From Eledone cirrhosa (lineage: Eukaryota): DNA of 64,000 bases. Positions 54,491 to 64,000 of the stretch are shown here, piece after piece. Under the pieces are notes generated by a model. It saw only the letters and a program-made list of their open reading frames with translations, had not been told where the DNA came from and ran no database searches. Where the stretch lies: contig OZ024742.1 of assembly GCA_964016885.1 (NCBI GenBank), forward strand, positions 330,770,001-330,834,000, in the 5' to 3' direction. Position 1 is the first letter of the stretch. Every line of letters starts with the position of its first letter. The position numbers were made by a program, and so were the translations under genes.

Positions 54491-56146
54491 GTGTGAGCGA
54501 GCAAACAGCATTTCATATGCTTATTTTTTCTGCTACCAATGCTACAAAATTATGATGGAAGAGGCACTTTTAAACTGGTCCTTCGTTCAGACACGTGGAC
54601 AAACATAAATAGATGGAACTTTATGTTTCGTTGTCCTTAAGTAGCTTCTTTCTTATTTGAAAGGATATTTTGATTTATAATATTTCAATGCTTTATACGG
54701 CGCATTATTTCGTCGGATCTCAAATTCTTTGACCTCGTCCCTTTCATTACCATCAAATCCTATCTATCATCATTGAAACTTCCATACCAAAACTACAAAT
54801 AAAAATATGGGCAAAACGTGTGGTCCTGACTGTTAGGTTTATTGGCTATCACCTATATGGAACGGTTGAAACCTCAAGTGCTCAACACATGCCACTCCTG
54901 TAACGTCTTCACCATGTGTGAAAATAATATTCTCATCTACATCTTCCCGTTAAGAAGTCGAAAAATTATTTTCGAATATGTATTAAACAATACAGTTCAG
55001 CATAAAACAACTATATGTTTGTGGACCACTCTCCCTGATCGGCTGTAGTGTAAGAATAAATCAAATATGTGACGTACGCAACAACATCTAGACAAAATTC
55101 ACATACGGCAATCTGTTTGCCCACTACAATATAGCCGTTACTTTCAGGTCTAAAATCGGATACATACGGAATATATGCAGCAAGGCGGAGTACCAGGTAA
55201 TCTACACTATAGATTACTTAAAATACTAGATAACAATGGATATCCAGCATCTACCACCAGTCCTTGTCCCATACCTGTACTTAATGTTGCCATACCCCAA
55301 TGATAATATAACCCTGGCTAATTTCAGAGCTATTATTAGGTAGAGATTGGATTTTCATTTAGCCAAATTCTGACAATCATCACTGAGAGGGTGAGCAGAT
55401 ATGACTGTTTGTGGTGGTAATGGTCGTGGTGTGCGTGTTTTATTTTAGTTGAAAAGTCGTGTTGTTTTATTTAATCAGTAGGTTGTGTTAGTATAGGTGC
55501 GTTAGTGTCGTGTTAAATGTTTGGTCGCATTAGTTCAGTGAATAAATGTCTTAGTATACATAATTACTACTGTTACTATAATTAATTGATCCTGTTGATA
55601 TCACTAATTAATACGTTTGTAGGCTTTTCGCCGTATCTACATGAGTTAATGTATATTTGTACCAGTGTACGTAGGTGTGTATGTTGTAGGGGTAATGAAT
55701 ATGTGTTGGTGCGAGAGTGGATGGGCGCTCGATGCTAGGAAAAAGCTGACTAAAGTAACAACAGGGGTGCGTATAGGTCATTTTCAGTTATAGCTTGAAG
55801 AGAGAATGTAATATGCAGTTTTCTATGAGGATGAAGTCCGGGGAACCAGTCCAATAACGAGACCAAAGGCTGTAAGTGCGAAGAGCGTCTGGAATGCTGG
55901 AGACTGGGTAGCGAGGCGTATGTCATAAATATGCTCGCCGGACATGCTTGGTAGTGGAAAACCCGTTTATCAAATGTAAAGCGTTTAGCATAACAGGCAA
56001 CGGAGCCCGTAGAGAAGACTCGTGGAGAGGCAGTGGAAGGGTAGCCATAGGTACTACTCCGGATGGAGATGTCGGTGATGAAGCTGAATGTGTAGCAGTG
56101 GTATCGTGAGGAGTTGGATTTGGGGGAGTTGGAGGGGTAGAATATA

Positions 56147-56204
<58 letters not shown>

Positions 56205-56207
56205 ATA

Positions 56208-56238
<31 letters not shown>

Positions 56239-56391
56239 ATAATATATATATATGATATATATATATATAATAATATATATATATGATATATATATATAAT
56301 AATATATATATATGATATATATATATATATAATAATATATATATATGATATATATATATATATATATAATAATAATATATATATATATATA

Positions 56392-56862
<471 letters not shown>

Positions 56863-57054
56863 GTATATGTAGATTAATCTACCAAAATGTACGGTAGTCT
56901 CCAATCCGTATTAAGAACTCAATGTAATCCGAATATCATGAAAAGAGAAGATGTATTCCAAAATTTTTTTCGGTGAAAATTAACGGAAAACAGAGTCAAG
57001 ATAAATTAATAAAATAATGAATAAACAAAGAAACAGTTCCTCATATTAAAAAAT

Positions 57055-57192
57055 TCATCATTTTACGATCGTTTCTAGGATATATATGTTAGTGTTTGTA
57101 TGCATATCCTATAGATCTATGTAAAATGTTTACAAACTATCAGAGGGAGTATACAAACGTACACATATATATGCTGTCTTCAGAAATAATGA
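57055..57192 (-). ncRNA. Type I hammerhead ribozyme of the older Naiad copy
   Basis: UCAUUAUUU-CUGAAGA-CAGCAUAUAUAUG...CAUAUAUAUCCUA-GAAA-CGAUC-GUA-AAAUGAUGA. Stem I pairing is kept despite substitutions. Confidence 0.75.
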
Positions 57193-57902
57193 TATTTGTT
57201 TATTGAAAAAACCAACAAAGATTTAATACAATAGGTCTGTTTGGGAACAGGTTTTGAATTGACCAATCAGGAGATAGTGAGGTTCAAGATAGTAATATAG
57301 TATTAGAAGAACCTTAAATTATGGGTAGAGGAAGGTAGATTTCAGTTTTGGATGGAAAGAATATTATGAATGAAAGATTATTTTAGGGATGAGAATAGGT
57401 CATATGCTGACCTCAGAAATAATTATATTTGTTCATTGAATAAAACCAACACAGATTTAATATAGTAGGTTTGTTTGGGAACAGGTTTTGAATTAACCAA
57501 TAGAAAGGTAATAATTGTCCAAATGGTAAAATAGTAGTAATTGAAATTTATTTTGGGGTAGAAGAAGGCAGATTTCAGTTTTGAATGGAAGGAGTATGAA
57601 GAACGAAAAGTTTATTTTAGGGGTGAAAATAGGTATGGTCAGTAAAAGGTAACACGAAAAGTTGTTGTTATAAAAGAATAATGCCAATGTAAATATCTAA
57701 GGAGACTAAAATTTTACGATAAAAGTGTTAGTGAAAAAAGTATATATGGAATTTTCATCTATGAAAAGAATATAAATTAATTTAATTGATGGGTATATTT
57801 ATATTGATAAAATTATATTAATGCATATAGATATGATAAATAAGAGTTAGATGTAATTGAAGAGTGCTGTTAAAGACGAGGGGAAATTAAATAAATATAA
57901 AA

Positions 57903-57977
<75 letters not shown>

Positions 57978-58194
57978 TTGGGGGGGTAAATTTATTAGTG
58001 AGAAATAATAAATATATAGAGATTTCAAAGAACATAGAATCATAACCTGAAATTAAAACATTATATATGTTTTCTTAATGGTATCAATTTTAGGAAAAGA
58101 TAGTTGTAAGAAGGAAAGTAAAATTATGTAGTTCATCAGTAGTAGAATATTAATTATATGTTAACTAAATTTAAAATAGTTTTAATATTAATTT

Positions 58195-60070
58195 CTAAAA
58201 TGTATATGAATTAGGTTTATAATATTTAAATGTTTTTCTCAGTTTATGATTACACGATATTATTAATTCCTGTCGCTTATTTAATAGGATATCCTTAGAT
58301 TTCATTATTTCAAAAAGTTCTTGGGAACATAATCTACATTCATATATATTATTTTGATAAGGAGTGGCCCTTTTGAGCACACTCCAGGTCAGGTCATAAT
58401 CTATATTCCTCTTTCTATAATTATTCATTATTTCAGCTAGAGATGTTGTATTAGATAATGCGGCATTTTTAAAACTGTTTGTGGGTATTAAATCTTACCT
58501 TAAATTTGTTAGAGGTAGCTCCTATATATGAATAAATTGAGTCCTTAGTGTTAACTTTACATTTATATACTATGTTATTAAAAAGGCAATTTCCTTTTAA
58601 TGGGCAGTTTGCTTTGTTTCTACAGTTACAACATTTTCTGAATCCTGTATCAGAGGAGATATTATGGTTAGTTTGATGTACTGGTGGTATACTCATGGTT
58701 TTTTTACATTTATATGCATTGTAGGCACTTATATTTTGTTTTTTATTTTTGGTTGTTGAGTAGGAGAATTTAACTGTTGATCTATTTAAAATTTGATGGT
58801 ATTTGTGGTTTGGCGGGAAGTTCTTCTCTAGGATATTAAAAAAATGTTTAGGTATATTATCCTTAATTTGTAAATTAAATGGAGCATTATACCAAGTAAC
58901 TCGTCTATTACGGTTTCGATGTTGTTTATTGTTTTTATAGGATGTATCCTGATGTTTATTAAGAGAATTATTGTTAATGACTTCACCACACACATTTTTA
59001 GTTAGTTTTATTGATTTAGGTGTTTTAGCTTGTTTATTAGGAGTTTTATTATTAACATTTATTAGAGTAGTAGGATGAGTAGTTTTTTGAGAGTTACTAT
59101 ATTTTATATTAGAAGAGTTAGAGAAATTTGATTTTATGTTGGTATTTTAGGGTATAGTGTGTGTGTGTGTATGTTTCATTTGGTGTTTGTTGGTAATATT
59201 AGGTTGTATGTTTGTAGTGTTATTGGTACAAGGTATATATACTAATTTATTTTTGGGGCCACTTCTAGCTAAGGCTTCGTTATAGAAGGTCGCATTTTTA
59301 TCAAGTACATCCTGGTTAGACGAAAGGTTAGAAATGTTAAGTGAGATATTATATGCAAGGTTTTTAAGGATAGATTTAGGGTGATTAGATTGTGAGTGTA
59401 TGTAATGTAAATGTTGGTTAGGTTTATGGTAAGGTTCGTAGATACCCGTAGATAAGTCTAATGTTATATCAAGAAATTAACTACTTTACTTGTGTTTTCA
59501 AATGTAATATCTAGACTATAATAGTCTTTGAGGAAAGTTCTAATAAGTTTTTTTATTTTTTTCTATCTCTGAAAGGCTAAGGTTATTGGAAAGAAGAAGA
59601 CAGTCGTCACGATATAAACCACCTTTAAGGTGGGGAAAGGAAGCATTTATGTTAACAAGAAGAAAGAGGCCCACAAGATCGGTAATTTGGGCAGAATCGC
59701 TTGAGCCCATAGTAATATCGAATAGATTACTATATGTGTTTCTGGTCCAGTATTCGTTTTGAAATTCCAATAGTGTTTGTCTAGCATGTGTAATAATATT
59801 AATGTCATCCAAAGTTAAGTTAGATCTATTTTTAGCAAATATCAAGGCTTTGTTCAGGAGTATAGGTGATATAGAGGAATAATAAGTATCTATATCAAAT
59901 TGTAGAAATGAAGCAGAAGATTTATTTCTAATATTATTAAGCCAGTTAATTGCCTGGGATGTGTTTTCCCAGAGTGGTAAATTAACATGTTTTCTTAGTT
60001 GTGGGATGATCCTATCTAAAAATGTTTTACTAATGATTCCAATATCAGATTTGGAAGGGCATATAAGCCT
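58195..60070 (-). pseudogene. Degenerate Naiad-type RT/GIY-YIG ORF
   Basis: MGSSDSAQITDLVG, YRDD, VTWYNAPF, CNC..CPLKGNC, YIG and CRLCSQE fall in different frames. Confidence 0.9.
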
Positions 60071-60421
60071 ATTAATATAATTTTATCAATATAAATATAC
60101 CCATCAATTAAATTAATTTATATTCTTTTCATAGATGTAAATTCCATATATACTTTTTTCACTAACACATTTATTCAATGAACAAATATAATTATTTCTG
60201 AGGTCAGCATATGACCTATTCTCATCCCTAAAATAATCTTTCATTCATAATATTCTTTCCATCCAAAACTGAAATCTACCTTCCTCTACCCATAAATTAC
60301 GGTTCTTTTACTACTATATTAATATGTTGACCTTCACTATCTTTCTATTGGTTAATTCAAAACCTGTTCCCAAACAGACCTATTGTATTAAATCTTTGTT
60401 GGTTTTTTCAATAAACAAATA

Positions 60422-60561
60422 TCATTATTTCTGAAGACAGCATATATATGTGTACGTATGTATACTCCCTCTGATAGTTTGTAAACATTTTACATAGATC
60501 TATAGGATATGCATACCAACACTAACATATATATATCCTAGAAACGATCGTAAAATGATGA
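60422..60561 (+). ncRNA. Type I hammerhead ribozyme in the inverted arm of the older Naiad copy
   Basis: CTGAAGA at 60431; GAAACGATCGTA at 60541; stem I TCATTATTT/AAATGATGA. Confidence 0.75.
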
Positions 60562-63500
60562 ATTATTTAATATAAGGAACTGTATCTTTGTTTATTCATT
60601 ATTTTAATAATTTATAATAATATATATATATATATATAAATTTAATTTAGAGTACGAAAACAACGTTAGCACCCTTTACGAGCTGTGAGTACACCCACAG
60701 ATATATGCCTAGCACTCGGTGTCATTTAGTTCCAACAATAATTGTTGTAATTATATGGTCAATGAAGGTGATAGGTCATGAAAGTAGTGTGGTAATGGCC
60801 GAGCATTCTATAGACGCCTCTACGCTGAACGTAGTTCAAAGCGATATTCAGCGTGGCACACGCGGTGACAAACCTGGTCATTTGAATATGATGTTTTTCA
60901 GACGAGTTTATTGGAGCAAATCGAAATAAAGTCTTGCTGAAATAACCAAATTACTGTTGGAAATCAAACTCGTAATCTTATGATATAGAAGGAACACCTT
61001 AACCCACTAGTGTAAGCGATTTTACACATTTTCCTACACATATTCAGACATACATCAATATATATTTATCGGATTATTGGGTACTCATAGATGGAAAGAA
61101 ACAGCGATGAATCTATTTCATATTTATCTTCAATATTGATACCGTTGTTTGAATGTTATGCCTCTTTGGGCTATTCTTATAACACTCCTTAGCTATCGTT
61201 TCATTTAAGCGTTTAACGAAACATGCATGAAGCGTCATGTAGTAATATATCCTCCAAATATCAATAAACACAGAAATGAGCCCAGTGAAGCAGAAAAAAG
61301 CATCTATACTACATGAAACGTCTGCTATAAAATGTAGTTATCAAAGAATATGATTTCGAGAAATAAATGGCTTCGTGGAATATATATAATACTGTTGAAT
61401 GTTTCATTGTTGGAAGATTTGATAATGAAATAAATGGACTTGAATTACACGAGATATTATTGCCATTTGAACAAATGGGTTTAGATGGGTCAGGTTGTTT
61501 CATATGTGTAGGGTTTGGAGTAGATATTATATGAATTAATAACTTGGTTAATGCGCTAGAAATTTTTTTACATACCTTGCAAAGTGTTCATTACAAAACA
61601 GAAAAATAGAAGATAATAGCTCAATATGTTATTTATATCAGTGTTACTAGTATCAAAAACGATGGAAGACATCGATAAATGATCCAGAAACTCACTGTAA
61701 TACTACCCAGGATATGAATGTTAATAACCTCACACAAGTTAAAGTCACATACTTGTGATACATTTTATAATCATAAAATTGTATTAAAATTTAATGTTAT
61801 AACATATTATGAATCAGATTAAATGAATAAAATGTTATCATGATTCCACAACATACTACAGAACTGTTGCAGTAACTCCGAGTTCTATACTAAAACAATC
61901 TTCAAATAGGTGATTGTGCGGATATGCGTACAGCCACACTAAAGCAGCGCCATTTGACCTCGTTTGGTCAGAGTCATTTCCGAATGGTAAGAAGAGCGCT
62001 CATTTTTTCCGAAATATTGAATATAAAATGATACTATCATTCTACCGAATTATCGCTTAATCTTAATTAAATCAGAATTTAACATTAATATTAATAGCTG
62101 ATAGTTTTATAATTTCAATTATGATCTCTACTGACCCGTACATTCGCTGTGCCCAAACATGTCCATGCATATGATACAATTTCACAATCCATATGGAAAT
62201 GTGTAATATAAGTAATGGCATGTATTATATTATCATATATCATAATTACACACAAGTGTGGTATTACTGTTTCTGAGCACATCATGACAAGTTTAAGCTA
62301 ATTTTCTCTTAGGACCTAACATAAACGAGCCCGTATGAAATCGGCCATGCTCAGATAATGGATAGGTGTACATTATAGTTTACGAGTTATTCATGTTTAT
62401 ATTTTGTTTTGGAAAGTTAAGATATTATGAGCGAGTATAACTGGCACGTTATTAAACACATTTGAATAAGCATGTATTAGGATCCTTTACAATTTTCAAA
62501 AGTATTTCTTACTAAATGGTCAATTAAACCTATATCCTCGTAGATGAGTTGTTTACACTATAATCCACAGGAAATGATGCCCCGTGGATCCTCTCCAGTA
62601 ATTTTTCGTTATGCAATTCAGCGAGGTCGAGCCCTAGCTACAGAGTTATATTTAACATGTTGGCTTTGATTGAGTTTCATACGAAATAATATATCTTTCT
62701 TACATTTGGAATCCGATATGTTTCGGGATTTCTTTGTCATTCAAGGATTTCTTGTTTCTGTGTAAGGATCTATCAATAATAATATAAAAATCAATAATGG
62801 TCGATTATAATTGCGTTTTAATTGGCAAAACTACCCGATGCCGAATAATCAGAAAATGGCTGATGTGGCTGATATCGATTATTTGCGGAACAATCGGTGA
62901 TAAATTACTAGCAATTTTGGGATATTGTTTAGTAAAAGGAAAACGCCAACTCGGATATTTCATCAATGTCTAGAAGAATATTTATTTTATACACTCTCTC
63001 TTTGTTCACAGTCATTTTATGAGGTATATTTTAGACAATACTTATATATATTTACCACTCGTTACTTGGAACAGAGGAGGTACCGAGATCATAGCAATTT
63101 TGTTTGGAAAGTAGATTTTATACGTTGAAAGATTATATACTAAACCCTCGTTTAACCTAATTCCATTTCTATATCAACTGAAAATAATATTTAGATGTGC
63201 TGATACTTCTGTTGCAAATATTTAATTTGTATTTTTAACATCTACAAAACAAAATGTTTTTCCTTAATGTAAGTCAAAACAGTATAATGTTAAAAGAATT
63301 AGAAATAACAACTTGCATGAATTATTTGTTTTATAGCCATATCAGCACCCAAAATGAACATCATGTGAGACCATTAGTACACTGGCCTACTTTCCCCTCC
63401 TACCATCACTATAACAGCCCACACTTCTCTATCTTTTGCTAAGTACCACCAGTGTGTTGTATTTCGAATGAATAACATCCCATCACCAATGTACACATGG

Positions 63501-63699
63501 AAAGGAAAAACAAAAATAAAATAATTTAAGACGTTTCGAATGTGCATTACATGTGTGATGCATGACAACAAGCAGAAGTTGAATATGTAAAACTGTCCCA
63601 CTTCTTTTTTCATCTTATTGTTATTCCGTAAGAAACCGTATCTGTAATACCCTACGGCGTGGATTGCTTATGCTTGAATACCCTATAGTTTGTTGAATG

Positions 63700-64000
63700 T
63701 ACACGTGGATGCTCGAGAGAAATCTGCCGACTTCATGAACGTTAACGAAACGAGTTGCTCAGGAACTACAATGGGTCTCCTGACGGCTGGTTTTGACAGT
63801 AAAATCTGCCCGGCACGTAAGCAATTCCAATCGGTATGATAATCACAATTTTCCAAAAGGCCGACAAAAGAGATGGCTCCAACTATAGAAGGTTTTACAT
63901 GTTAAACCATGTCCCGTAAATTCTTTTTTGAGTATCAGGTAAAGAGATGTAGGGAGATTGTCGAATCTAAGCTTGATGACGAACAGTGTGGATTTCTTCC
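63700..64000 (+). pseudogene. RTE/CR1-type LINE RT remnant running off the window
   Basis: IITIFQKADKRDGSNYR and DEQCGF read from 63838-63997. Confidence 0.6.

Larger units (their letters stand above)
56866..60615 (-). mobile_element. Older, diverged Naiad-like PLE copy: 5'-truncated, with an inverted 3'-end arm
   Basis: Frameshifted ORF pieces 59540-59845, 58469-58993 and 58195-58428 are closely similar to the young ORF. 60071-60615 is the reverse complement of 57001-57823 with an internal deletion. (TA)n on both sides. Confidence 0.9.

Noticed and set aside
55090-56140. Further PLE remnants (NNGYP-like word near 55232; GC-richer patch 55800-56140)
   Set aside because: Too decayed to support without a profile search.

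Overview
Very AT-rich, microsatellite-dense eukaryotic DNA with no recognisable host gene. The SINE family and (TA)n/(CA)n load suggest a cephalopod (Octopus-like) genome, which is an inference. Most ORF-track entries are microsatellite artefacts. The window is dominated by Penelope-like retroelements (PLEs; RT plus C-terminal GIY-YIG). The main feature is a very young ~23 kb Naiad-like insertion (5423-28577): a head-to-tail concatemer of a ~6.2 kb unit (two intact 813-aa ORFs and a truncated third on the minus strand) that folds back into an inverted plus-strand copy. Each unit carries one type I hammerhead ribozyme with an unusually long loop II and a palindromic stem III. An older diverged Naiad copy (56866-60615), a Neptune-like PLE (46538-51060) and a small non-coding relative (31739-32406) share the same architecture: two arms with 3' ends facing outward, both ends in (TA)n, one arm ending short and the other carrying an extra tail. 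Also present: a ~250 bp palindrome made of two hammerheads, a near full-length decayed Tx1/L1-type LINE inside an (AAT)n tract, five copies of a tRNA-derived SINE (one with a 16-bp TSD and an empty-site control), a Helitron 3' end with a minisatellite, and RTE-type LINE remnants.
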